The notes beneath the pieces are model-generated. The model did not search any database. It had not been told where the DNA came from and saw nothing but the letters and a program-made list of their open reading frames with translations. The position numbers and the translations under genes are program-made. A stretch of 64,000 nt of DNA, from positions 178,312,001-178,376,000 of the forward strand of contig OY740781.1 in the NCBI GenBank assembly GCA_963514005.1, in the 5' to 3' direction. Source of the DNA: Raja brachyura. Lineage: Eukaryota. Shown here one piece after another: positions 25,948 to 37,946 of this stretch; the stretch's first letter is position 1, and each line of letters starts with the position of its first letter.

Positions 25948-28900
25948 TGCCTGTACATGATCTATATCCCCCACTTCCTGTATATCCATGTGCCTATCCA
26001 AAAAACACTTAAATTACTCTTTAGTTTAGTTTAGTGATACAGGGCGGAAACAAGCCCTTCGGCCCACCGAGTCCGCACCGACCAGCGATCCCCGTGCATT
26101 AATGCTATCCTACACACACTAGGGATAATTTACATTTATACCAAGCCAATTAACCTCCAAACCTGTACATTTTTGGAGTGTGCGAAGAAAACGAAGATCT
26201 CAGAGAAAGCCCACGTGGTCACGGGGAGAACATACAAACTCCATACAGATAGCACCCGTAGATCAAACCCAGGTCTCCAACACTGTAATAGGTGTGAGGC
26301 AGCAACTCTACTGCTGAACCACCATGCCGCACAGTAATATTTAGTTCAGTTTAGTTTATTGTCATGTGTACTGAGGTACAGTGAAAAGCTTTTTGTTGCA
26401 CGCTATCCAGTCTGTGGAAAAACAATACATGATTACAATCGAGCTGTGTACAGTGTACAAATACAGGATAAAGGGAATAACATTTAATGCAAGATAAAGT
26501 CCGGTAAAGTCCGGCTAAAGATAGTCTGTGTTTCTCCAATGAGGTAGATGGTAGGTCAGGGCAGCTCTCCAGTTGGTGATTGGAAGGTTCAATTGGCTGA
26601 TAACAGCTGTGAAGAAACTGTCCCTGAATCTAGAAGTATGCATTTTCACACTTCTGTACCCTTTCCCTGATGGGAGAAGAGGGAATGTCTGGTGTGAGAC
26701 TCGTCCTTAATTATGTTGGTGGTTTTGCCAAGGCAGCATGAAATTTAGACGGAGTCAATGGAATAGATGTTGGATTCTGTGATGGTCTGGGCTGCGATCA
26801 CCAATTAAGAACTTATTAAGCGGAGCACTAATTGCACGCAGATATAAACATTGATAGATGAACAGATTAAGATATTGCTCCAGTGAACCAAACTGTGTGG
26901 ATCCAGGAGTAACGAACCAGCCTAATGTATGCAAAGTAAATGGGGCCGGGATTACAGCTAATTCCATGCTTTCTCCACTTAATTACGTGGAATAATATAG
27001 GACCAACTCACAAATATGTTTTCGGTTTTTTCCAGATAGTAGCGCTGAGTGAACTAAGGAGCCGAGTGCTGATAATTACTGAAAGACTGCAAATTCCTGA
27101 GAGGACAGTAATGTTCAATGTACAGTCTGCTTTGATGCAAGATTTGACAATGGAACACAAATAAACATATTAAAGATGGAGATAAACTCATGAGAAGCGA
27201 TGGCTCATGAATACAGGTTGTGAAATGTTGTGCAACAACCTGTTCTAATTGTGTTGTGAAATCAAAAACAGTTTGAGTGCTAACTCATGGGGTCACCACC
27301 ACAATTTGTACTCTATCATTGGTGAACGAGGGCAGGGACATTATATTGAGCAGAATTCTCACAATTTAAAAACATTCAGTAATACTTAAAGGGAATTGTG
27401 ATACAAAGAAAACATTTTATCAGATGGATCACAGCTTGGTTTGGGAACAGCTCCATCCAAGACCGCAAGAAATGCAACCAATTGTGGATGCAGCTCAGAC
27501 CATCACACAATCCATCCTTCCTTCCATTGACTCCATTTATACCTCACGCTGCCTCGGCAAAGCCAGCAGCATAATCAAGGATGAGTTGCACCCTGGCCAC
27601 TCCCTCAAAGGGCTGAATGGCCTATTCCTGCACCTATTTTCTATGTTTCTATGCTTGAGTATATGGCAATAAAACTCGACCACTTGATTTTGAAGCATTC
27701 ATGCATGGTGGAGGTATAATGTAGTCGTAGAGTGATGCAGTGTGAAACCCCTCCAACACCCTCCCCCCCATTCAGTCGCTCCACTCCCTCGCCGGGTACC
27801 CCGCAAGGCCAGTGATCTGTGATCATTCAGCCCCCCCCCACTTTCAAAAGCGCTCCGTGGTCCCTGCTACACTATCTTGGGAATATCTCATCACATGGTG
27901 GATCAAGGATCGTTAGAGGTGGAAATAAATGCTGGCCTTTGCTTGTTCTTGGATAATTTACATTACATTAATAAGGGACATTATATTGAGCATAATTCTC
28001 ACAATTTAAAAACATTCAGTAATACTTAAAGGGAATTGTGATTACAAGAAAACATTTTATCAGATGGATCACAGCTTGGTTTGGGAACAGCTCCATCCAA
28101 GACCGCAAGAAATTGCAGCCAATTATGGACAGAGCCCAGCTCAGACCATCACACAATCCATCCTTCCCTCTATTGACTCCATTTATACCTCACGCTGCCA
28201 TGGCAAGGCCAGCAGCATAATCAAGGACAAGTTGCACCCTGGTCACTCCCTCTTATCCCCTCTTTGATCAGGCAAAAGGTATAGAACTGTAAAAACGCAC
28301 ACCTCCAGATTTAGGGACAGTTTCTTCCCAGTTGGTATCAGGCAACTGAATCAACCTACCACAACCAGAGATCACTGCTGAACTACTATCTACCTCATTG
28401 GTGACCCTTGGACTATCCTTGATCGGGCTTTGCTGGCTTCACCTTGCACTAAACATTATTAACTTGTCATGTACCTATACACTGTAAATGGCTCAATTGC
28501 AATCATGTTTCATCTTCCTCCTGACTGGATAGCACGCAACAAAAGCTTTTCACTTTACCTCGGTAAATGTGACACTCCACTATCTTGGGAATATCTCCAT
28601 CACACAGTGGATCAAGGGTAGTTAGAGGTGGAAATAAATGTTGGCCTTTGCTTGGTTGAGATCTTAGATAATTTAACAAAAAGAGTTGCTGAGGGTCGTA
28701 TGATTGATGTATAGATGGACGTTCACAGAGCTGACAGAGACACGATAGGACAAGCGGCCTTTTCAGTGCACCATCACTGTATCATTATTAACAGCATTGT
28801 GTCTCTGGCGACACGGACAATCAGTTTGTACGTATATTTAACGCGATGATAAGGCACAGAGTTGGGTGAAAGGTTGGTTTGTTAGTCTACATGGAAACAT

Positions 28901-30133
28901 ATAATAGTGTAAACTGTGGGAGGGACAAGAATCAGAGACAGGCTGGTGAAGTGAGCAGACAAATGGTGAGTGAAATCCCATGGACCGAAATGTGAAGAGA
29001 AATATTTGAGTATGAAGAGGGGCAACATTCTGTGTTGGTAGTGACATTACAGTAGGAGGCAGGACTGAAGGAGGGAACACACAAGTCTCTGGCAGGGCAA
29101 GTTTGGAATGGTGCACAAGGGTAGATGGTATCCTTGGATTTATACATTAGTTATATTGAGAAATTGCAGAATCAGTAGTAAGAAAGGCAAATGCAATGTT
29201 ACATTTATTTCAAGAGGACTGGAATACAAAAACAGGGATGCAATGCTGAGGCTTTATAAAGCACTGGTCAGACTGCCCTTGGATTATTGTGAACAGTTTT
29301 GGGCCGCATATCTGAAGAAAGATGTGCTGGTGTTGGGGAGGGTCCAGAGGAGGTTCACGAGAATTGACCTATCTCTCCGCCTCAACCCCATTCTCCTGCC
29401 TTCTACCCATAAACCCTGACATGCACACTAATCAAGAATCTATCTATGTCTGCCTTAAACATATCCATTGACCTGGCCTCCACAGCCTACTGTGGCAATT
29501 AATTTCACAGATTCACTACCCTCTGACTAAAGAAATTCCTCCTTATCTACTTCCTAAAGAAACGTCATTTTATTCTGAGGCTATGACCCCTGGTCCTAGA
29601 TGCTTCTGGTTAGAATCATCGATCACTACTCCCCTCCATCCCACAGATGCTGGGAGTTCCTTCAGCAGATAATTTATTGCAAAATAAAAATATGTTTGAC
29701 AGTTTTAGCATGCAGTTTGCAGATGCCACTTCAGTAGGTGGTATTGTGGACAGTGAAGACATTTGTCAAGGATTGCAGTGGGATCTTGATCAGCTGGGCC
29801 AGTGGGCTGAGGAATAGCTGATGGAGTTTGGTGCAGGTGGGTGAGGGGTGTTTTGGGATTTTGGGAGGTCGGGTTGAGATGGGACCTTCATGTTGTATGT
29901 GGGCCCTGGGGCCGTGGTGGAGTAAGGGATGTAGGGGTGCTGGTGCATGGTTCGCTGGAGGTTGTGTCATAGGTGGGTAGGATGATGGAGAGGGCTTATT
30001 CTACATTGGCCCTTGGCGTTCAGGGTATTTAGTGTGGAGTTTGGAAAGTTCTGTTGCAGTTGTACAGGATGTTGGTGGGGCCACATTTGGAGCGCTGTGT
30101 TCAGTCTTGGTCACAGAGGTGTCATTGGGCTGG
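25948..30133 (+). repeat. Segmental duplication block A (composite of SINE, Rex1 and CR1 fragments and unique DNA)
   Basis: Colinear high-identity match to 41937-45385. Contains an internal duplication (about 27334-27960 vs 27973-28670). Confidence 0.92.
26020..26330 (-). mobile_element. tRNA-derived SINE; duplicated at about 42010-42310
   Basis: Reverse complement of the SINE at 18069. Confidence 0.8.
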
Positions 30134-30778
30134 AGGGAGAGTACAGAGAAGATGAGTGAGGATGTTGCTGGGACTGAGGGGCCTGAGGTGTAAGATTGGG
30201 ACTTTGTTCCTTGGAGTGCAGGAGGCTCTAGGGGTGATCTTGTGGAAGTGTATAGAATCATGGGGGGAATGGATGGGGTGAAGGCATGGTATCTTTTGCC
30301 CAAGGTGGGGAGGTTGGGATCCAGAGGACATAGGATTGGGGTGAGAGTGGCAAGAACTAGTGGGAACATGAGGGACAACTTTTTCTCTTGGAAGATGGTG
30401 GGTATTTGGAAATAATCTGCCAGAGGAGGTTGGTGAGGCAGATACTATAACAGCATTGACAAGTCACTTGGGCAGCTACATGTTTTAGAGGGATATGGGC
30501 CAAATGTGAACAAATGTGATTAGTTGATATGGGACATCTTGGTCAGCGTAGATGAGTTTGGCCGAATGATTTCCATGCTCTATCAGTTCAAGTGTTTAGG
30601 TGCTGATATACAGTATATATTTTCAAGTATCATACATATTGATGAACAATTTATAATAAATGTATAATTGAATCTATAATTAAAATAACTTTTCAACTAT
30701 AAAGCGTGTTTCACGACATCGAGATTATCTTAAATGAAATGAATCTCTTTGGAATGAATTCTCCACTGTAGCACTTAC

Positions 30779-31200
30779 CATTAAACTTCAATATGATTCT
30801 TCACCAAAGCGCCTTCCAATCCACAGATTTTCCTGGCTGATTTCATCTCCGTTCAGAAAGAAACTGCCATCTTTCATTTGGAATCTTACATGTAAAATGT
30901 CACCATATTAATTTCAAAATATAAGGGATTAGACTTCTGCAAGGATTTTTTGGTTTGCACCTTCTAACTTTGGTGGATGATCTACACACATAAATACCCA
31001 ATCTCTCCAGATGAGCTGGATACTCCATGGAAATATAAGCAAGCGAAAATTAAGTACATCAGGGATTTTTAAAATGATTTCTTCATTTCTGTATCCATTA
31101 CGACAGGGAGGGACTTCAGTCTCATATTAAATTCAACAATAGTAAATGAACTGGTTGACATCATTCAAAACTGCATTACTTTAAGATCAGTTGCTGCACA
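30779..31200 (-). pseudogene. Decayed CXC chemokine (CXCL13-like) relic, exons 2 and 3
   Basis: 31200-31074 (127 nt after ttatcttccag) ends TEVPPCRNGYRNEEII. About 30855-30779 reads EMKSARKIC(V)DWKALW(V)KNHIEV with two frameshifts, then |gtaagt. Stops present and exon-2 donor lost. Confidence 0.6.
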
Positions 31201-31221
31201 CTGGAAGATAACAAATGATCC

Positions 31222-33597
31222 AGCACAGCGGAGCTGAGGGGCGGTGGACTAGCGGAGCTGCAGAGCGGCGGACCAGCGAAGCACCCACAGACGGCGACGA
31301 GAACGCAAGCGTCGCCGAGGATGCCGAGGTGGGTTGAAGGCTAGGTTAGAACAAGCCCCACACAGGCCATCGATTCCTAGCCTTTTCCTCGCCAACGTAC
31401 GATCACTGGCAAACCAAATGGATGAACTCCGGCTACTGATCACCTCCCACAACTGGATCAAAGACTGCAGCATCCTGATCTTCACTGAAACCTGGCTCAA
31501 CACCGATGTTCCTGACAGCGCCATCGAGCTAACGGGGCGTCTTATACTCCGAGCGGACAGAACACAAGACTCCGGTAAGACCAGAGGTAGGGGGTCTGTG
31601 TATTTATGTAAATAAAGCATGGTGCACGGACACCACCATCATCGAGAGTCACTGCTCAGCTAACATAGAGTTCCTCTTGGTTAAATGCAGACCGTTCTAT
31701 CTGCCCAGAGAATTTACCTCCACTGTTCGATGCTCGAGCCTACAGTTCATCCAGGGCTAACCTGAAGAGGGGCATCAAGAAGGCCAAGCACAGCTACAAG
31801 CTTAGGATCGAGGAGCACTTCAACAACAACTCCGACCCCCGACGCATGTGGCAAGGCATCCAAGCCATCATGGACTTCAAACCCACCAACACCACCCCCA
31901 CATCCAGCGACTCATCCTTCCTTGAGGAGCTTAACCACTTTTATGGCTGTTTTGACAGGGACAAGCAAGAGATGGCCATCAAGGCTCTGCTCCCTGCTGA
32001 TCACCAGCCCCTCACACTCACCCCCTACAACGTGTATCTAGCACTGAGTAGGAATAATGCACGTAAAGCTGCTGGCCCTGACGGCATCCCCGGGCGCGTC
32101 CTCAGGACCTGTGCTGCACAGCTGACAGACGTCTGGACTGACATCTTCAGTCTTTAACTTGCCCAAGTAGTTGTCCCCACGTGCCTTAAAACCAACTCCA
32201 TCGTGCCGGTGCCAAAACACTCCACTGCGGCGAGCCCCAACGACTTCCGCCCAGTTGCACTTACCCCCATCATCACCAAGTGCTTCGAGAGGCTGGTCCT
32301 GGCACACCTCAAAGGCTGCCTACCTCCCACACTGGACCCCTATCAGTTTGCCTACCGCAAGAACAGGAGTATGGAGGATGCGATCTCAACGGCACTTCAC
32401 TCCCCCCTCTCCCACCTCGACAACAGAGACACCTACGTGAGAATGCTGTTCATCGACTATAGCTCAGCATTTAACACCATTATCCCCTCAAAATTGATCA
32501 CCAAACTCAGCGACCTGGGAATCAACCCCTCCCTCTGCAACTGGATACTGGACTTTCTAACCAACAGACCACAGTCTGTCAGGTTGGACAACCACACCTC
32601 TTCAACCCTCACCCTGAACACCGGTGTTCCACAGGGCTGTGTGCTGAGCCCCCTCCTCTACTCCCTCTTCACCTATGACTGCACACCTGTACATGGTTCT
32701 AACACCATCATCAAGTATGCAGATGATACAATGGTGATTGGCCTCATCAGCGACAACGATGAGTTGGCCTATAAGGAGGAGGCTCAGCTCCTAACAGCAT
32801 GGTGCGCTGACAACAACCTGGCCCTTAACTCCAAGAAGACCAAGGAGCTCATTGTGGACTATAGAAGGTCTAGGGGCTGCACGCACACCCCCATCCATAT
32901 TAATGGGATGGAGGTGGAACGTGTTTCCAGTTTCAGGTTTCTGGGGGTTAACATCTCTGCTGACCTCTCTTGGACCCACAATACCTCAACACTGGACAAG
33001 AAGGCTCACCAGCGTCTCTTCTTCCTGAGGAGACTAAAGAAGGTCTATCTGTCTCCTCAGATTCTGGTGAACTTCCACCACTGCGCCATCGAGAGCATCC
33101 TTACCAACTGCATCACAGTTTGGTATGGCAACTGCTTTGTCTCTGACCGGAAAGCACTGCAGAGGGTGGTGAAAACTGCCCAATGCATCACCGGTTCCTC
33201 ACTCCCCTCCATTGAGTCTGTCCAGAGCAAGCGATGTCTGCGAAGGGCGCGCAGCATCGTCAAGGACTGGTCTCACCCCAACCACAGACTGTTTACCCTC
33301 CTCCCATCCGGAAGCGCTACAGGTCCCTCCGTTGCCGGACCAGCAGGTTCAGGAACAGCTTCTTCACTGCGGCTGTTACAATACTTAACTTTGCACCTCA
33401 GTGATTGCCAATCACCCCCCCCCCCCCGGGACACTCCTTCCCCCAGCATAATTGCTGATACTGTTTGTACATATATATATTTTACCGTTCATTATTCTAA
33501 ATTCGTTCTTCTGGGGAGATGCTAACTGCATTTCATTGTCTCTGTACTGTACACTGCACAATGACAATTAAAGATTGAATTGAAATTGAATTGAATA
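31222..33597 (+). mobile_element. Rex1/Babar LINE with internal deletion
   Basis: APE motifs (LANVRSL, IFTETWL) at 31334-31730; 440-aa RT ORF 32203-33525; (TTGAA)n tail. Confidence 0.95.
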
Positions 33598-33878
33598 CCA
33601 CACAATTTAAGAAAGAAGAGGGAGAAAAAACTGGGTAACTGATGACCAGTATGTCAGGAAACAGTAATTTGGAGAAGGTTGCAATTTATTATACAGCAAA
33701 TACTCACAATGCACTCCGAAAATAATAATGGGATTGTGAATAATAAATAATGGTTGAAATGAATAGATTTTCTGATTTTAAGGGAATTACGTGATATGGG
33801 AGCTGGATCAGAAAATGGATAAAGTGCTGGATTTACCATGATCTTATTGAATAATGGGGAAGGGTGAGGAGGCTTTAA

Positions 33879-34083
33879 AGGGCCTGTCCCACTTACACAA
33901 CCTTTACAGCCGACTGCCAGCACCCGTGATAAGTCGCCGACATTTTCAACATGTTGAAAATTCAGCGACGACCAGAAAGATGCTACGACTCTTTGGAGAC
34001 CTATGGTTATGAGAGGTCACCCACGAAATGTCGCCAGGGGTCACCTGTATGGTCGTGAGAGGTCTCCTATGGTCGCGAGAGGT
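33879..34083 (+). mobile_element. MITE-like DNA transposon fragment (terminus AGGGCCTGTCCCACTT)
   Basis: The same terminus occurs at 40734 and inverted at about 40515-40527, each beside TAA. Superfamily (Harbinger or Kolobok) not resolved. Confidence 0.6.
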
Positions 34084-34149
34084 GACTAAGCACGCAGCCT
34101 TGAGGTGCTCCCGTGCTGATTGTTATCGAGGCTGACTGTTGACAGTAGT

Positions 34150-35440
34150 CTTTTTTTTTTTTTTTTTAATTTTATTTTTTAATATTTTTATTTATTAGAG
34201 GTAAATACATCAGTGTACATCACATATATATTGTTACAATCATTGTACCCCATAATTTTATGGGTTTTAAAGAAAAAGACTAGAAAGAAAGAGAGTGAAG
34301 TAGGTGAAAAGAGTTGTGATAGTGAAAGAGCGTGCCAAAGGGGAGAAGAAAAAAACCCTTGGTCAAAGAGTTAGAGAAAGGGGATTAAGAGATAGACCCT
34401 GGAAAAGAAAAAAGAAAGAGAGACAAAGGAAAAAAAAGCCAGTTACTATTATATATCACACAAAAGGAATCCACCAACTCGATAGTTTTTCATCCCCCCC
34501 TACCAAGGCCCGAGGTACTCCTGCACCCTATCTTTGTAGCAATTCTATAAATGCAGACCACGTCTGATAGAAGCAATCTGATTTTCCTTCCAGGCGGAGT
34601 CTCATATCTTCCAGATGTAATGTTTCAAACATAGTTGAAATCCACATATTTAATGTTGGTATAGGAGCATTTTTCCAGAATTTTAAGATGAGCTTTTTTC
34701 CTATTATTAAGCCGTAATCAAATAAATTCTTTTGAGACACATTTAATTCCGAACTACCTATTTGTCATTCCGAAAATAATCCATTCTGGCTTTGGTGTCA
34801 TTTTTATTTTAAACAGTTTTGTAAAGATTTCAAAGATTCCAATCCAAAACCGTTTAATTTTTGTACAAAAGATGAATGAGCGCGCTATGGTAGCTTCTTG
34901 AAACTGGCATTTATCACAAATTGGTAAGACGTTAGGGAAAAATGTATTTAATTTAGTTTTTGAGCAGTATAATCTGTGTAAAATTTTAAATTGTATTAAA
35001 GTGTGTCTTACGTTAATTGAGCATTTGTACACATTTAATAAGTACTCTTTCCACCTTTCATTGGAAATTCTTATGCTTAGTTTGTCTTCCCACTCACCTC
35101 TGATACCTTCCGTTGTTTGTATTACTGCATTTAGTATATTATATATATGTGAAATTAAATTTGCTGAATCCGCCTTTGTATCCATTACTTCATCTAGTAA
35201 GTCTAATGGCATTTTGTGAAATTCTTGTGCATGTTTTTTCAGATAATCACATATTTGGAAATATTTAAAATGCTGATTGTTACCCAGATTGTATTTTAAT
35301 TGTAATTGTTTAAATGATAATAGTTTTTCCGTATCATACAAATCTCCCAAAATTTTAATTCCTGCTCTTTTCCAGGAAGCTCTGTATAAATGCTTTATCT
35401 ATAATTGAGGGTTTAAACAGAGGGTTTTTTAACAATAGGA
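34150..35440 (-). mobile_element. L1-clade LINE 3' end
   Basis: ORF2 C-terminus (QFKILHRLY, CDKCQ..SFIFC), polyA tail, 16-bp TSD gactgttgacagtagt (34134-34149 / 35441-35456). Confidence 0.93.
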
Positions 35441-36616
35441 GACTGTTGACAGTAGTTAACTACAAGTGCTAACAGTAGTAGTTAACGAATCTTTTTTGTC
35501 TGATAGCCGGTGTTTGCAGTGCTTTTTATCCATGTTCGTTTAAAAAAAAAAATCTGTATTTAACAAGGCAAATGTACTTTTTTCATCCGTGAAATACGGA
35601 AAGTTAGCGCAGGGCCCCCCTTAGGGAGCAATCGGCTTAAGACCGGCCCTGTGTCAGAGGCACATTTGTCCTACACTTTCCTTCATCTCGGCCATGCCCT
35701 CTTATTGCTGCTACTGTCAGGCAGGAGGTCCAGAAGCCTGAAGTCCCGCAACACCAGGTTCAGGAATAGTTACTCTCTTATATCGTCAGGTTCTTCAACT
35801 GACCTGAACAACTCTAATCCTACCTCGGCAACACAATAAAGACCACTTCTCACACTACCTTGGACTTGTGAGGGGATAAGATAGAATAGAGCAAAACAGA
35901 GGATAAACGTAGTCACGCAGAAGATGTTACAAATGTTTAACACATTTTACCACAGTGGGTGGTGTGGATAGGTTTCTCACAACATTATAGAAGCTTCTGG
36001 ATGAGCACTTGTATTGCCAATGCATAGAAGGTTACAGACAAAGTACTAGTAAATGGCATTGATATAGATGCGTACTGGATATCATGGACATGGTATGCTG
36101 CTTTACCCGTTTCTGTCGAAGATAGACACAAAATGCTGGAGTTGCAAAATGCATTGGGTCAGGCAGCAATTCTGGAGAAAAGAATAGGTGATGTTTCGGG
36201 TCAAGACCCATTTTCAGACTCATTCAGCCTATTTCTGTGTTCTTTACCTCTATAAATCTAAATGACTTAACTTAGCTTTGGTGTTCCGTATCATTCTCCC
36301 TGTGTCTCTTTAAAATGATGACCAGGATGCGATTATTGGATTCAAAGCAGTTTATTAACATAACTTGAACGCACACAATTTCTCATACATATAATATAGC
36401 AAGCTCTCTACAGACACATTTCTTGCTGTGGCATTATATTTAGGAACAGACAAATACATTTTAGAATGCCATTTATTTGATGCTTAAATCATATCAGAGA
36501 TACAATCCTTTTTATTTAGAATTAAAATCAGTTCACCATAAAAACGTTTGTATGTATAAAACCTGTTTCATCACCTCAGGATACCATTGTGGCAATGAAG
36601 CCCTTCAAAATGTATC

Positions 36617-36713
36617 CTACTCTTCAGTTTTGTTAAGTAAGTCCATAATAAACGGCTTCACCCAGGGACTCTTCCCACTCAAACAAACTTCCATTTTTGG
36701 TTTCAGATGAACT
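36617..36713 (-). CDS. CXC chemokine exon 3
   Basis: ttttctttcag| VHLKPKMEVCLSGKSPWVK..*; AATAAA downstream at 36477-36472 and 36356-36351. Confidence 0.9.
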
Positions 36714-37624
36714 CTGAAAGAAAAAGGGAAACACTTTATCTTTCTAGTTATTAGATTTTTTGGAGGGGGTTGGGGGGGATAAATTGCAACATCATTTAAT
36801 TAAAAAATGTTTGTCAGAGTTCTCTTGTTTGTTCATTTCACTTGTGGCAGATGATCTGCAGATAAAAATGTAATTCATACAATTTCTCCACATTATCATG
36901 AATCTCACCCATTGAAATATAAACATGAACATTTAAATGCATGAACAATTCTTACATGACTTCCGAGTATTGGCACCCTTTGCCCCCCGGTGTAGATTTC
37001 AATTTTATAAATACGATCCTTGGACGTGGAATTTGTTTCATACTCCGAGCACCTACATCGTGATCCTTCATTGTTATTTATATGAGCCGCTGTAAAACAA
37101 ATGACATGTTGTAAAAATATATTCCTTAAAATTAGTTTAATTACTTTCAATGTTCACAATGTGGCCACTTCTTTGGCCTTCTGCACTGTTATAACAAGGC
37201 CTATTCTAAGACCAAGGAAGGACACATCAAGTTCCACATGGACACATAGTAACCTGCAAGACTGAACATCAAATAGAACAACCTGGAAAACACACACACT
37301 GTCTGTGAATCAGAACCTGCCAAACCCCCTCAGGATTCTATGTCTCAGTGTGATCACCGCTCATTTTTTAAGTTACAATGAGTACAGACCCACCCGCTTC
37401 AACCATTTCTTATAAGACAATCCATATTTAATATTATGCAAGTGAACATTCGGCGAACTGTCTTCAATAGTTCATTCAACTGGCTGAATGAATCAAAAAT
37501 CTAATAACAATTATAAAGCTTAAAGACTATAATTGACAGGATCTAGGGTATTTTCCTCACCCATAGCCAAAGCTGCACAAATTCCAAGCAGCAGCAGGAG
37601 TGTAACACTAACACTGTACTTCAT
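36617..37624 (-). CDS. CXC chemokine (non-ELR, CXCL13/CXCL8-like), 3 coding exons; +1 G frameshift in exon 2 as assembled
   Basis: Removing one G from the run at 36983-36988 gives 97 aa: MKYSVSVTLLLLLGICAALAMAAHINNNEGSRCRCSEYETNSTSKDRIYKIEIYTGGKGCQYSEVIVHLKPKMEVCLSGKSPWVKPFIMDLLNKTEE. Spacing C-x-C-x24-C-x15-C; exons 64/133/97; phases 1,2. Confidence 0.9.
36956..37089 (-). CDS. CXC chemokine exon 2 (134 nt as assembled, 133 expected)
   Basis: ttgttttacag| ..RCRC..IEIY..GCQYSEVI |gtaaga. Confidence 0.88.
37561..37624 (-). CDS. CXC chemokine exon 1 (signal peptide, 64 nt)
   Basis: MKYSVSVTLLLLLGICAALAM G|gtgagg. Confidence 0.9.
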
Positions 37625-37698
37625 TGTCAGATTCCAGTCTTCTCGAGCCTTGCCTTTCTGATTCAGTTGGTTTTTCTTGGTGCCTTCTAATTCCTCTC

Positions 37699-37732
37699 TA
37701 TTTATATTCTGAATAACTAGGGGTTGTGCAAT
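37699..37732 (-). promoter_or_regulatory. Chemokine core promoter: TATA box and C/EBP-like site
   Basis: TATAAATA at 37706-37699, about 75 nt before the ATG; ATTGCACAA at 37732-37724. Confidence 0.65.
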
Positions 37733-37946
37733 ATAATGAATTTGCAAAGGCCAGTCACTGGTGCAACAGAAAACACTGATGGCATCAAGATAGTCACATT
37801 GATAATAAGTAGATATGTTGCAATTTGTAGATCATATCATAATAGACAGTTTGTTTTAAAAAAAAGCTGAATAAAAGGTCATGGTGTGATGGAGACCATA
37901 GGAAATTGGAACAGGAGCAGGCCATTCAGTCCTTCAGACCCTCTCA

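Noticed and set aside
32203-33525. Longest ORF (440 aa) as a domesticated gene or retron-like RT
   Set aside because: Ordinary Rex1 RT, nearly identical to the copy at 18895-20100, with an internal deletion and a 3' frameshift.
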